Origin: Auanema rhodensis
Taxonomy: Eukaryota > Animalia > Nematoda
Direction: 5' to 3'
Assembly (NCBI GenBank): GCA_964057225.1
Contig: OZ059900.1
Location: forward strand, 24,242,001 to 24,306,000
Length of the DNA stretch: 64,000 bases
Part shown: piece after piece, positions 41,961 to 56,942 of the stretch
Layout: each line of letters begins with the position of its first letter
How positions within the stretch are numbered: the stretch's first letter is position 1
Program-made: the position numbers and the translations under genes
Notes under the pieces: generated by a model
What the model saw: the letters and a program-made list of their open reading frames with translations, nothing else
Database searches by the model: none
What the model was told of the DNA's origin: nothing

Positions 41961-42373
41961 GATTTAATCAATATTAGCCATAAGAGGCGTGCCCTCAGAA
42001 TATGCTAATTTCCTTAATTTTCTAACCCCTGTTTTTTTGTCGTGAAAGTGGAACTAGACGTTGTAATAACAATTTTGAGCTAGGTTTCATTGACATTGCA
42101 TGAGTTTGAACACATGAAATCGTAAGTCAAAACCTTGTTTACAGCGAAATTTCAAAAACTGGTTTTCCAGCATAATAAAATATTTCTCATGGGAAATACT
42201 GTGTTTTTGTATTTTTCTAGTGTTCAAAAACTGGTTTTCCAGCATAATAAAATATTTCTCATGGGAAATACTGTGTTTTTGTATTTTTCTAGTGTTCAGC
42301 ATGTAAAATGCTTCATTTTAGTATGTAACACGCTGAAATTCGTTTCATTTGACGACTCATATGAACAAAAATC
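41961..42373 (+). repeat. 413-bp variant monomer (copy 3)
   Basis: Same duplication, offset +2464 from copy 2. Confidence 0.95.
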
Positions 42374-45300
42374 GATTTAATCAATATTAGCCATAAGGGG
42401 CGTGCCCTCAGAATATGCTAATTTCCTTAATTTTCTAACCCCTGTTTTTTTGTCGTGAAAGTGGAACTAGACGTTGTAGGAACAATTTTGAGCTAGATTT
42501 CATTGACATTGCATGAGTTTGAACACATGAAATCGTAAGTCAAAACCTTGTTTACAGCGAAATTTCCAAAAACTGGTTTTCCAGCATAATAAAATATTTC
42601 TCATGGGAAATACTGTGTTTTTGTATTTTTCTAGTGTTCAGCATGTAAAATGCTTCATTTTAGTATGTAACACGCTGAAATTCGTTTCATTTGACGACTC
42701 ATATGAACAAAAATCGATTTAATCAATATTAGCCATAAGGGGCGTGCCCTCAGAATATGCTAATTTCCTTAATTTTCTAACCCCTGTTTTTTTGTCGTGA
42801 AAGTGGAACTAGACGTTGTAGGAACAATTTTGAGCTAGATTTCATTGACATTGCATGAGTTTGAACACATGAAATCGTAAGTCAAAACCTTGTTTACAGC
42901 GAAATTTCCAAAAACTGGTTTTCCAGCATAATAAAATATTTCTCATGGGAAATACTGTGTTTTTGTATTTTTATAGTGTTCAGCATGTAAAATGTTTCAT
43001 TTTAGTATGTAACACGCTGAAATTCGTTGCATTTGACGACTCATATGAACAAAAATCGATTTAATCAATATTAGCCATAAAGGGCGTGCCCTCAGAATAT
43101 GCTAATTTCCTTAATTTTCTAACCCCTGTTTTGTTGTCGTGAAAGTGGAACTAGACGTTGTAGGAACAATTTTGAGCTAGGTTTCATTGACATTGCATGA
43201 GTTTGAACACATGAAATCGTAAGTCAAAACCTTGTTTACAGCGAACTTTCCAAAAACTGGTTTTCCAGCATAATAAAATATTTCTCATGGGAAATACTGT
43301 GTTTTTGTATTTTTCTAGTGTTCAGCATGTAAAATGCTTCATTTTAGTATGTAACACGCTGAAATTCGTTGCATTTGACGACTCATATGAACAAAAATCG
43401 ATTTAATCAATATTAGCCATAAGGGTCGTGCCCTCAGAATATGCTAATTTCCTTAATTTTCTAACCCCTGTTTTTTTGTCGTGAAAGTGGAACTAGACGT
43501 TGTAGGAACAGTTTTGAGCTAGGTTTCATTGACATTGCATGAGTTTGAACACATGAAATCGTAAGTCAAAACCTTGTTTACAGCGAAATTTCCAAAAACT
43601 GGTTTTCCAGCATAATAAAATATTTCTCATGGGAAATACTGTGTTTTTGTATTTTTCTAGTGTTCAGCATGTAAAATGCTTCATTTTAGTATGTAACACG
43701 CTGAAATTCGTTGCATTTGACGACTCATATGAACAAAAATCGATTTAATCAATATTAGCCATAAGGGGCGTGCCCTCAGAATATGCTAATTTCCTTAATT
43801 TTCTAACCCCTGTTTTTTGTCGTGAAAGTGGAACTAGACGTTGTAGGAACAATTTTGAGCTAGGTTTCATTGACATTGCATGAGTTTGAACACATGAAAT
43901 CGTAAGTCAAAACCTTATTTACAGCGAAATTTCCAAAAACTGGTTTTCCAGCATAATAAAATATTTCTCATGGGAAATACTGTGTTTTTGTATTTTTATA
44001 GTGTTCAGCATGTAAAATGCTTCATTTTAGTATGTAACACGCTGAAATTCGTTGCATTTGACGACTCATATGAACAAAAATCGATTTAATCAATATTAGC
44101 CATAAGGGGCGTGCCCTCAGAATATGCTAATTTCCTTAATTTTCTAACCCCTGTTTTTTTGTCGTGAAAGTGGAATTAGACGTTGTAGGAACAATTTTGA
44201 GCTAGGTTTCATTGACATTGCATGAGTTTGAACACATGAAATCGTAAGTCAAAACCTTGTTTACAGCGAAACTTCCAAAAACTGGTTTTCCAGCATAATA
44301 AAATATTTCTCATGGGAAATACTGTGTTTTTGTATTTTTATGGTGTTCAGCATGTAAAATGCTTCATTTTAGTATGTAACACGCTGAAATTCGTTGCATT
44401 TGACGACTCATATGAACAAAAATCGATTTAATCAATATTAGCCATAAGGGTCGTGCCCTCAGAATATGCTAATTTCCTTAATTTTCTAACCCCTGTTTTT
44501 TTGTCGTGAAAGTGGAACTAGACGTTGTAGGAACAGTTTTGAGCTAGGTTTCATTGACATTGCATGAGTTTGAACACATGAAATCGTAAGTCAAAACCTT
44601 GTTTACAGCGAAATTTCCAAAAAGTGGTTTTCCAGCATAATAAAATATTTCTCATGGGAAATACTGTGTTTTTGTATTTTTCTAGTGTTCAGCATGTAAA
44701 ATGCTTCATTTAAGTATGTGACACGCTGAAATTCGTTGCATTTGACGACTCATATGAACAAAAATCGATTTAATCAATATTAGCCATAAGGGGCGTGCCC
44801 TCAGATTATGCTAATTTCCTTAATTTTCTAACCCCTGTTTTTTGTCGTGAAAGTGGAACTAGACGTTGTAGGAACAATTTTGAGCTAGGTTTCATTGACA
44901 TTGCATGAGTTTGAACACATGAAATCGTAAGTCAAAACCTTGTTTACAGCGAAATTTCCAAAAACTGGTTTTCCAGCATAATAAAATATTTCTCATGGGA
45001 AATACTGTGTTTTTGTATTTTTCTAGTGTTCAGCATGCAAAATACTTCATTTTAGTATGTAACACGCTGAAATTCGTTGCATTTGACGACTCATATGAAC
45101 AAAAATCGATTTAATCAATATTAGCCATAAGGGGCGTGCCCTCAGAATATGCTAATTTCCTAAATTTTCTAACCCCTGTTTTTTTGTCGTGAAAGTGGAA
45201 CTAGACGTTGTACGAACAATTTTGAGCTAGGTTTCATTGACATTGCATGAGTTTGAACACATGAAATCGTAAGTCAAAACCTTGTTTACAGCGAAATTTC

Positions 45301-46133
45301 CAAAAACTGGTTTTCCAGCATAATAAAATATTTCTCATGGGAAAAACTGTGTTTTTGTATTTTTCTAGTGTTCAGCATGTAAAATGCTTCATTTTAGTAT
45401 GTAACACGCTGAAATTCGTTGCATTTGACGACTCATATGAACAAAAATCGATTTAATCAATATTAGCCATAAGAGGCGTGCCCTCAGAATATGCTAATTT
45501 CCTTAATTTTCTAACCCCTGTTTTTTTGTCGTGAAAGTGGAACTAGACGTTGTAGGAACAATTTTGAGCTAGATTTCATTGACATTGCATGAGTTTGAAC
45601 ACATGAAATCGTAAGTCAAAACCTTGTTTACAGCGAAAATTCCAAAAACTGGTTTTCCAGCATAATAAAATATTTCTCATGGGAAATACTGTGTTTTTGT
45701 ATTTTTCTAGTGTTCAGCATGTAAAATGCTTCATTTAAGTATGTGACACGCTGAAATTCGTTGCATTTGACGACTCATATGAACAAAAATCGATTTAATC
45801 AATATTAGCCATAAGGGGCGTGCCCTCAGAATATGCTAATTTCCTTAATTTTCTAACCCCTGTTTTGTTGTCGTGAAAGTGGAACTAGACGTTGTAGGAA
45901 CAATTTTGAGCTAGGTTTCATTGACATTGCATGAGTTTGAACACATGAAATCGTAAGTCAAAACCTTGTTTACAGCGAAATTTCCAAAAACTGGTTTTCC
46001 AGCATAATAAAATATTTCTCATGGGAAATACTGTGTTTTTGTATTTTTATAGTGTTCAGCATGTGAAATGCTTCATTTTAGTATGTAACACGCTGAAATT
46101 CGTTGCATTTGACGACTCATATGAACAAAAATC

Positions 46134-46546
46134 GATTTAATCAATATTAGCCATAAGAGGCGTGCCCTCAGAATATGCTAATTTCCTTAATTTTCTAACC
46201 CCTGTTTTTTTGTCGTGAAAGTGGAACTAGACGTTGTAATAACAATTTTGAGCTAGGTTTCATTGACATTGCATGAGTTTGAACACATGAAATCGTAAGT
46301 CAAAACCTTGTTTACAGCGAAATTTCAAAAACTGGTTTTCCAGCATAATAAAATATTTCTCATGGGAAATACTGTGTTTTTGTATTTTTCTAGTGTTCAA
46401 AAACTGGTTTTCCAGCATAATAAAATATTTCTCATGGGAAATACTGTGTTTTTGTATTTTTCTAGTGTTCAGCATGTAAAATGCTTCATTTTAGTATGTA
46501 ACACGCTGAAATTCGTTTCATTTGACGACTCATATGAACAAAAATC
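46134..46546 (+). repeat. 413-bp variant monomer (copy 4)
   Basis: Same duplication, offset +4173 from copy 3. Confidence 0.95.
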
Positions 46547-49500
46547 GATTTAATCAATATTAGCCATAAGGGGCGTGCCCTCAGAATATGCTAATTTCCT
46601 TAATTTTCTAACCCCTGTTTTTTTGTCGTGAAAGTGGAACTAGACGTTGTAGGAACAATTTTGAGCTAGGTTTCATTGACATTGCATGAGTTTGAACACA
46701 TGAAATCGTAAGTCAAAACCTTGTTTACAGCGAAATTTCCAAAAACTGGTTTTCCAGCATAATAAAATATTTCTCATGGGAAATACTGTGTTTTTGTATT
46801 TTTATAGTGTTCAGCATGTAAAATGTTTCATTTTAGTATGTAACACGCTGAAATTCGTTGCATTTGACGACTCATATGAACAAAAATCGATTTAATCAAT
46901 ATTAGCCATAAAGGGCGTGCCCTCAGAATATGCTAATTTCCTTAATTTTCTAACCCCTGTTTTGTTGTCGTGAAAGTGGAACTAGACGTTGTAGGAACAA
47001 TTTTGAGCTAGGTTTCATTGACATTGCATGAGTTTGAACACATGAAATCGTAAGTCAAAACCTTGTTTACAGCGAACTTTCCAAAAACTGGTTTTCCAGC
47101 ATAATAAAATATTTCTTATGGGAAATACTGTGTTTTTGTATTTTTCTAGTGTTCAGCATGTGAAATGCTTCATTTTAGTATGTAACACGCTGAAATTCGT
47201 TGCATTTGACGACTCATATGAACAAAAATCGATTTAATCAATATTAGCCATAAGGGGCGTGCCCTCAGAATATGCTAATTTCCTTAATTTTCTAACCCCT
47301 GTTTTGTTGTCGTGAAAGTGGAACTAGACGTTGTAGGAACAATTTTAAGCTAGGTTTCATTGACATTGCATGAGTTTGAACACATGAAATCGTAAGTCAA
47401 AACCTTGTTTACAGCGAAATTTCCAAAAACTGGTTTTCCAGCATAATAAAATATTTCTCATGGGAAATACTGTGTTTTTGTATTTTTCTAGTGTTCAGCA
47501 TGTAAAATGCTTCATTTTAGTATGTAACACGCTGAAATTCGTTGCATTTGACGACTCATATGAACAAAAATCGATTTAATCAATATTAGCCATAAGGGGC
47601 GTGCCCTCAGAATATGCTAATTTCCTTAATTTTCTAACCCCTGTTTTTTGTCGTGAAAGTGGAACTAGACGTTGTAGGAACAATTTTGAGCTAGGTTTCA
47701 TTGACATTGCATGAGTTTGAACACATGAAATCGTAAGTCAAAACCTTGTTTACAGCGAAATTTCCAAAAACTGGTTTTCCAGCATAATAAAATATTTCTC
47801 ATGGGAAATACTGTGTTTTTGTATTTTTATAGTGTTCAGCATGTAAAATGCTTCATTTTAGTATGTAACACGCTGAAATTCGTTGCATTTGACGACTCAT
47901 ATGAACAAAAATCGATTTAATCAATATTAGCCATAAGGGGCGTGCCCTCAGAATATGCTAATTTCCTTAATTTTCTAACCCCTGTTTTTTTGTCGTGAAA
48001 GTGGAATTAGACGTTGTAGGAACAATTTTGAGCTAGGTTTCATTGACATTGCATGAGTTTGAACACATGAAATCGTAAGTCAAAACCTTGTTTACAGCGA
48101 AACTTCCAAAAACTGGTTTTCCAGCATAATAAAATATTTCTCATGGGAAATACTGTGTTTTTGTATTTTTATGGTGTTCAGCATGTAAAATGCTTCATTT
48201 TAGTATGTAACACGCTGAAATTCGTTGCATTTGACGACTCATATGAACAAAAATCGATTTAATCAATATTAGCCATAAGGGTCGTGCCCTCAGAATATGC
48301 TAATTTCCTTAATTTTCTAACCCCTGTTTTTTTGTCGTGAAAGTGGAACTAGACGTTGTAGGAACAGTTTTGAGCTAGGTTTCATTGACATTGCATGAGT
48401 TTGAACACATGAAATCGTAAGTCAAAACCTTGTTTACAGCGAAATTTCCAAAAAGTGGTTTTCCAGCATAATAAAATATTTCTCATGGGAAATACTGTGT
48501 TTTTGTATTTTTCTAGTGTTCAGCATGTAAAATGCTTCATTTAAGTATGTGACACGCTGAAATTCGTTGCATTTGACGACTCATATGAACAAAAATCGAT
48601 TTAATCAATATTAGCCATAAGGGGCGTGCCCTCAGATTATGCTAATTTCCTTAATTTTCTAACCCCTGTTTTTTGTCGTGAAAGTGGAACTAGACGTTGT
48701 AGGAACAATTTTGAGCTAGGTTTCATTGACATTGCATGAGTTTGAACACATGAAATCGTAAGTCAAAACCTTGTTTACAGCGAAATTTCCAAAAACTGGT
48801 TTTCCAGCATAATAAAATATTTCTCATGGGAAATACTGTGTTTTTGTATTTTTCTAGTGTTCAGCATGCAAAATACTTCATTTTAGTATGTAACACGCTG
48901 AAATTCGTTGCATTTGACGACTCATATGAACAAAAATCGATTTAATCAATATTAGCCATAAGGGGCGTGCCCTCAGAATATGCTAATTTCCTAAATTTTC
49001 TAACCCCTGTTTTTTTGTCGTGAAAGTGGAACTAGACGTTGTACGAACAATTTTGAGCTAGGTTTCATTGACATTGCATGAGTTTGAACACATGAAATCG
49101 TAAGTCAAAACCTTGTTTACAGCGAAATTTCCAAAAACTGGTTTTCCAGCATAATAAAATATTTCTCATGGGAAAAACTGTGTTTTTGTATTTTTCTAGT
49201 GTTCAGCATGTAAAATGCTTCATTTTAGTATGTAACACGCTGAAATTCGTTGCATTTGACGACTCATATGAACAAAAATCGATTTAATCAATATTAGCCA
49301 TAAGAGGCGTGCCCTCAGAATATGCTAATTTCCTTAATTTTCTAACCCCTGTTTTTTTGTCGTGAAAGTGGAACTAGACGTTGTAGGAACAATTTTGAGC
49401 TAGATTTCTTTGACATTGCATGAGTTTGAACACATGAAATCGTAAGTCAAAACCTTGTTTACAGCGAAAATTCCAAAAACTGGTTTTCCAGCATAATAAA

Positions 49501-52356
49501 ATATTTCTCATGGGAAATACTGTGTTTTTGTATTTTTCTAGTGTTCAGCATGTAAAATGCTTCATTTAAGTATGTGACACGCTGAAATTCGTTGCATTTG
49601 ACGACTCATATGAACAAAAATCGATTTAATCAATATTAGCCATAAGGGGCGTGCCCTCAGATTATGCTAATTTCCTTAATTTTCTAACCCCTGTTTTTTG
49701 TCGTGAAAGTGGAACTAGACGTTGTAGGAACAATTTTGAGCTAGGTTTCATTGACATTGCATGAGTTTGAACACATGAAATCGTAAGTCAAAACCTTGTT
49801 TACAGCGAAATTTCCAAAAACTGGTTTTCCAGCATAATAAAATATTTCTCATGGGAAATACTGTGTTTTTGTATTTTTCTAGTGTTCAGCATGCAAAATA
49901 CTTCATTTTAGTATGTAACACGCTGAAATTCGTTGCATTTGACGACTCATATGAACAAAAATCGATTTAATCAATATTAGCCATAAGGGGCGTGCCCTCA
50001 GAATATGCTAATTTCCTAAATTTTCTAACCCCTGTTTTTTTGTCGTGAAAGTGGAACTAGACGTTGTACGAACAATTTTGAGCTAGGTTTCATTGACATT
50101 GCATGAGTTTGAACACATGAAATCGTAAGTCAAAACCTTGTTTACAGCGAAATTTCCAAAAACTGGTTTTCCAGCATAATAAAATATTTCTCATGGGAAA
50201 AACTGTGTTTTTGTATTTTTCTAGTGTTCAGCATGTAAAATGCTTCATTTTAGTATGTAACACGCTGAAATTCGTTGCATTTGACGACTCATATGAACAA
50301 AAATCGATTTAATCAATATTAGCCATAAGAGGCGTGCCCTCAGAATATGCTAATTTCCTTAATTTTCTAACCCCTGTTTTTTTGTCGTGAAAGTGGAACT
50401 AGACGTTGTAGGAACAATTTTGAGCTAGATTTCATTGACATTGCATGAGTTTGAACACATGAAATCGTAAGTCAAAACCTTGTTTACAGCGAAATTTCCA
50501 AAAACTGGTTTTCCAGCATAATAAAATATTTCTCATGGGAAATACTGTGTTTTTGTATTTTTCTAGTGTTCAGCATGTAAAATGCTTCATTTTAGTATGT
50601 AACACGCTGAAATTCGTTTCATTTGACGACTCATATGAACAAAAATCGATTTAATCAATATTAGCCATAAGGGGCGTGCCCTCAGAATATGCTAATTTCC
50701 TTAATTTTCTAACCCCTGTTTTTTTGTCGTGAAAGTGGAACTAGACGTTGTAGGAACAATTTTGAGCTAGATTTCATTGACATTGCATGAGTTTGAACAC
50801 ATGAAATCGTAAGTCAAAACCTTGTTTACAGCGAAATTTCCAAAAACTGGTTTTCCAGCATAATAAAATATTTCTCATGGGAAATACTGTGTTTTTGTAT
50901 TTTTATAGTGTTCAGCATGTAAAATGTTTCATTTTAGTATGTAACACGCTGAAATTCGTTGCATTTGACGACTCATATGAACAAAAATCGATTTAATCAA
51001 TATTAGCCATAAAGGGCGTGCCCTCAGAATATGCTAATTTCCTTAATTTTCTAACCCCTGTTTTGTTGTCGTGAAAGTGGAACTAGACGTTGTAGGAACA
51101 ATTTTGAGCTAGGTTTCATTGACATTGCATGAGTTTGAACACATGAAATCGTAAGTCAAAACCTTGTTTACAGCGAACTTTCCAAAAACTGGTTTTCCAG
51201 CATAATAAAATATTTCTCATGGGAAATACTGTGTTTTTGTATTTTTCTAGTGTTCAGCATGTAAAATGCTTCATTTTAGTATGTAACACGCTGAAATTCG
51301 TTGCATTTGACGACTCATATGAACAAAAATCGATTTAATCAATATTAGCCATAAGGGTCGTGCCCTCAGAATATGCTAATTTCCTTAATTTTCTAACCCC
51401 TGTTTTTTTGTCGTGAAAGTGGAACTAGACGTTGTAGGAACAGTTTTGAGCTAGGTTTCATTGACATTGCATGAGTTTGAACACATGAAATCGTAAGTCA
51501 AAACCTTGTTTACAGCGAAATTTCCAAAAACTGGTTTTCCAGCATAATAAAATATTTCTCATGGGAAATACTGTGTTTTTGTATTTTTCTAGTGTTCAGC
51601 ATGTAAAATGCTTCATTTTAGTATGTAACACGCTGAAATTCGTTGCATTTGACGACTCATATGAACAAAAATCGATTTAATCAATATTAGCCATAAGGGG
51701 CGTGCCCTCAGAATATGCTAATTTCCTTAATTTTCTAACCCCTGTTTTTTGTCGTGAAAGTGGAACTAGACGTTGTAGGAACAATTTTGAGCTAGGTTTC
51801 ATTGACATTGCATGAGTTTGAACACATGAAATCGTAAGTCAAAACCTTGTTTACAGCGAAATTTCCAAAAACTGGTTTTCCAGCATAATAAAATATTTCT
51901 CATGGGAAATACTGTGTTTTTGTATTTTTATAGTGTTCAGCATGTAAAATGCTTCATTTTAGTATGTAACACGCTGAAATTCGTTGCATTTGACGACTCA
52001 TATGAACAAAAATCGATTTAATCAATATTAGCCATAAGGGGCGTGCCCTCAGAATATGCTAATTTCCTTAATTTTCTAACCCCTGTTTTTTTGTCGTGAA
52101 AGTGGAATTAGACGTTGTAGGAACAATTTTGAGCTAGGTTTCATTGACATTGCATGAGTTTGAACACATGAAATCGTAAGTCAAAACCTTGTTTACAGCG
52201 AAACTTCCAAAAACTGGTTTTCCAGCATAATAAAATATTTCTCATGGGAAATACTGTGTTTTTGTATTTTTATAGTGTTCAGCATGTAAAATGCTTCATT
52301 TTAGTATGTAACACGCTGAAATTCGTTGCATTTGACGACTCATATGAACAAAAATC

Positions 52357-52769
52357 GATTTAATCAATATTAGCCATAAGAGGCGTGCCCTCAGAATATG
52401 CTAATTTCCTTAATTTTCTAACCCCTGTTTTTTTGTCGTGAAAGTGGAACTAGACGTTGTAATAACAATTTTGAGCTAGGTTTCATTGACATTGCATGAG
52501 TTTGAACACATGAAATCGTAAGTCAAAACCTTGTTTACAGCGAAATTTCAAAAACTGGTTTTCCAGCATAATAAAATATTTCTCATGGGAAATACTGTGT
52601 TTTTGTATTTTTCTAGTGTTCAAAAACTGGTTTTCCAGCATAATAAAATATTTCTCATGGGAAATACTGTGTTTTTGTATTTTTCTAGTGTTCAGCATGT
52701 AAAATGCTTCATTTTAGTATGTAACACGCTGAAATTCGTTTCATTTGACGACTCATATGAACAAAAATC
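52357..52769 (+). repeat. 413-bp variant monomer (copy 5)
   Basis: Same duplication, offset +10396 from copy 3. Confidence 0.95.
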
Positions 52770-55700
52770 GATTTAATCAATATTAGCCATAAGGGGCGTG
52801 CCCTCAGAATATGCTAATTTCCTTAATTTTCTAACCCCTGTTTTTTTGTCGTGAAAGTGGAACTAGACGTTGTAGGAACAATTTTGAGCTAGATTTCATT
52901 GACATTGCATGAGTTTGAACACATGAAATCGTAAGTCAAAACCTTGTTTACAGCGAAATTTCCAAAAACTGGTTTTCCAGCATAATAAAATATTTCTCAT
53001 GGGAAATACTGTGTTTTTGTATTTTTCTAGTGTTCAGCATGTAAAATGCTTCATTTTAGTATGTAACACGCTGAAATTCGTTTCATTTGACGACTCATAT
53101 GAACAAAAATCGATTTAATCAATATTAGCCATAAGGGGCGTGCCCTCAGAATATGCTAATTTCCTTAATTTTCTAACCCCTGTTTTTTTGTCGTGAAAGT
53201 GGAACTAGACGTTGTAGGAACAATTTTGAGCTAGATTTCATTGACATTGCATGAGTTTGAACACATGAAATCGTAAGTCAAAACCTTGTTTACAGCGAAA
53301 TTTCCAAAAACTGGTTTTCCAGCATAATAAAATATTTCTCATGGGAAATACTGTGTTTTTGTATTTTTATAGTGTTCAGCATGTAAAATGTTTCATTTTA
53401 GTATGTAACACGCTGAAATTCGTTGCATTTGACGACTCATATGAACAAAAATCGATTTAATCAATATTAGCCATAAAGGGCGTGCCCTCAGAATATGCTA
53501 ATTTCCTTAATTTTCTAACCCCTGTTTTGTTGTCGTGAAAGTGGAACTAGACGTTGTAGGAACAATTTTGAGCTAGGTTTCATTGACATTGCATGAGTTT
53601 GAACACATGAAATCGTAAGTCAAAACCTTGTTTACAGCGAACTTTCCAAAAACTGGTTTTCCAGCATAATAAAATATTTCTCATGGGAAATACTGTGTTT
53701 TTGTATTTTTCTAGTGTTCAGCATGTAAAATGCTTCATTTTAGTATGTAACACGCTGAAATTCGTTGCATTTGACGACTCATATGAACAAAAATCGATTT
53801 AATCAATATTAGCCATAAGGGTCGTGCCCTCAGAATATGCTAATTTCCTTAATTTTCTAACCCCTGTTTTTTTGTCGTGAAAGTGGAACTAGACGTTGTA
53901 GGAACAGTTTTGAGCTAGGTTTCATTGACATTGCATGAGTTTGAACACATGAAATCGTAAGTCAAAACCTTGTTTACAGCGAAATTTCCAAAAACTGGTT
54001 TTCCAGCATAATAAAATATTTCTCATGGGAAATACTGTGTTTTTGTATTTTTCTAGTGTTCAGCATGTAAAATGCTTCATTTTAGTATGTAACACGCTGA
54101 AATTCGTTGCATTTGACGACTCATATGAACAAAAATCGATTTAATCAATATTAGCCATAAGGGGCGTGCCCTCAGAATATGCTAATTTCCTTAATTTTCT
54201 AACCCCTGTTTTTTGTCGTGAAAGTGGAACTAGACGTTGTAGGAACAATTTTGAGCTAGGTTTCATTGACATTGCATGAGTTTGAACACATGAAATCGTA
54301 AGTCAAAACCTTATTTACAGCGAAATTTCCAAAAACTGGTTTTCCAGCATAATAAAATATTTCTCATGGGAAATACTGTGTTTTTGTATTTTTATAGTGT
54401 TCAGCATGTAAAATGCTTCATTTTAGTATGTAACACGCTGAAATTCGTTGCATTTGACGACTCATATGAACAAAAATCGATTTAATCAATATTAGCCATA
54501 AGGGGCGTGCCCTCAGAATATGCTAATTTCCTTAATTTTCTAACCCCTGTTTTTTTGTCGTGAAAGTGGAATTAGACGTTGTAGGAACAATTTTGAGCTA
54601 GGTTTCATTGACATTGCATGAGTTTGAACACATGAAATCGTAAGTCAAAACCTTGTTTACAGCGAAACTTCCAAAAACTGGTTTTCCAGCATAATAAAAT
54701 ATTTCTCATGGGAAATACTGTGTTTTTGTATTTTTATGGTGTTCAGCATGTAAAATGCTTCATTTTAGTATGTAACACGCTGAAATTCGTTGCATTTGAC
54801 GACTCATATGAACAAAAATCGATTTAATCAATATTAGCCATAAGGGTCGTGCCCTCAGAATATGCTAATTTCCTTAATTTTCTAACCCCTGTTTTTTTGT
54901 CGTGAAAGTGGAACTAGACGTTGTAGGAACAGTTTTGAGCTAGGTTTCATTGACATTGCATGAGTTTGAACACATGAAATCGTAAGTCAAAACCTTGTTT
55001 ACAGCGAAATTTCCAAAAAGTGGTTTTCCAGCATAATAAAATATTTCTCATGGGAAATACTGTGTTTTTGTATTTTTCTAGTGTTCAGCATGTAAAATGC
55101 TTCATTTAAGTATGTGACACGCTGAAATTCGTTGCATTTGACGACTCATATGAACAAAAATCGATTTAATCAATATTAGCCATAAGGGGCGTGCCCTCAG
55201 ATTATGCTAATTTCCTTAATTTTCTAACCCCTGTTTTTTGTCGTGAAAGTGGAACTAGACGTTGTAGGAACAATTTTGAGCTAGGTTTCATTGACATTGC
55301 ATGAGTTTGAACACATGAAATCGTAAGTCAAAACCTTGTTTACAGCGAAATTTCCAAAAACTGGTTTTCCAGCATAATAAAATATTTCTCATGGGAAATA
55401 CTGTGTTTTTGTATTTTTCTAGTGTTCAGCATGCAAAATACTTCATTTTAGTATGTAACACGCTGAAATTCGTTGCATTTGACGACTCATATGAACAAAA
55501 ATCGATTTAATCAATATTAGCCATAAGGGGCGTGCCCTCAGAATATGCTAATTTCCTAAATTTTCTAACCCCTGTTTTTTTGTCGTGAAAGTGGAACTAG
55601 ACGTTGTACGAACAATTTTGAGCTAGGTTTCATTGACATTGCATGAGTTTGAACACATGAAATCGTAAGTCAAAACCTTGTTTACAGCGAAATTTCCAAA

Positions 55701-56529
55701 AACTGGTTTTCCAGCATAATAAAATATTTCTCATGGGAAAAACTGTGTTTTTGTATTTTTCTAGTGTTCAGCATGTAAAATGCTTCATTTTAGTATGTAA
55801 CACGCTGAAATTCGTTGCATTTGACGACTCATATGAACAAAAATCGATTTAATCAATATTAGCCATAAGAGGCGTGCCCTCAGAATATGCTAATTTCCTT
55901 AATTTTCTAACCCCTGTTTTTTTGTCGTGAAAGTGGAACTAGACGTTGTAGGAACAATTTTGAGCTAGATTTCATTGACATTGCATGAGTTTGAACACAT
56001 GAAATCGTAAGTCAAAACCTTGTTTACAGCGAAAATTCCAAAAACTGGTTTTCCAGCATAATAAAATATTTCTCATGGGAAATACTGTGTTTTTGTATTT
56101 TTCTAGTGTTCAGCATGTAAAATGCTTCATTTAAGTATGTGACACGCTGAAATTCGTTGCATTTGACGACTCATATGAACAAAAATCGATTTAATCAATA
56201 TTAGCCATAAGGGGCGTGCCCTCAGAATATGCTAATTTCCTTAATTTTCTAACCCCTGTTTTGTTGTCGTGAAAGTGGAACTAGACGTTGTAGGAACAAT
56301 TTTGAGCTAGGTTTCATTGACATTGCATGAGTTTGAACACATGAAATCGTAAGTCAAAACCTTGTTTACAGCGAAATTTCCAAAAACTGGTTTTCCAGCA
56401 TAATAAAATATTTCTCATGGGAAATACTGTGTTTTTGTATTTTTATAGTGTTCAGCATGTGAAATGCTTCATTTTAGTATGTAACACGCTGAAATTCGTT
56501 GCATTTGACGACTCATATGAACAAAAATC

Positions 56530-56942
56530 GATTTAATCAATATTAGCCATAAGAGGCGTGCCCTCAGAATATGCTAATTTCCTTAATTTTCTAACCCCTG
56601 TTTTTTTGTCGTGAAAGTGGAACTAGACGTTGTAATAACAATTTTGAGCTAGGTTTCATTGACATTGCATGAGTTTGAACACATGAAATCGTAAGTCAAA
56701 ACCTTGTTTACAGCGAAATTTCAAAAACTGGTTTTCCAGCATAATAAAATATTTCTCATGGGAAATACTGTGTTTTTGTATTTTTCTAGTGTTCAAAAAC
56801 TGGTTTTCCAGCATAATAAAATATTTCTCATGGGAAATACTGTGTTTTTGTATTTTTCTAGTGTTCAGCATGTAAAATGCTTCATTTTAGTATGTAACAC
56901 GCTGAAATTCGTTTCATTTGACGACTCATATGAACAAAAATC
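56530..56942 (+). repeat. 413-bp variant monomer (copy 6)
   Basis: Same duplication, offset +10396 from copy 4. Confidence 0.95.
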
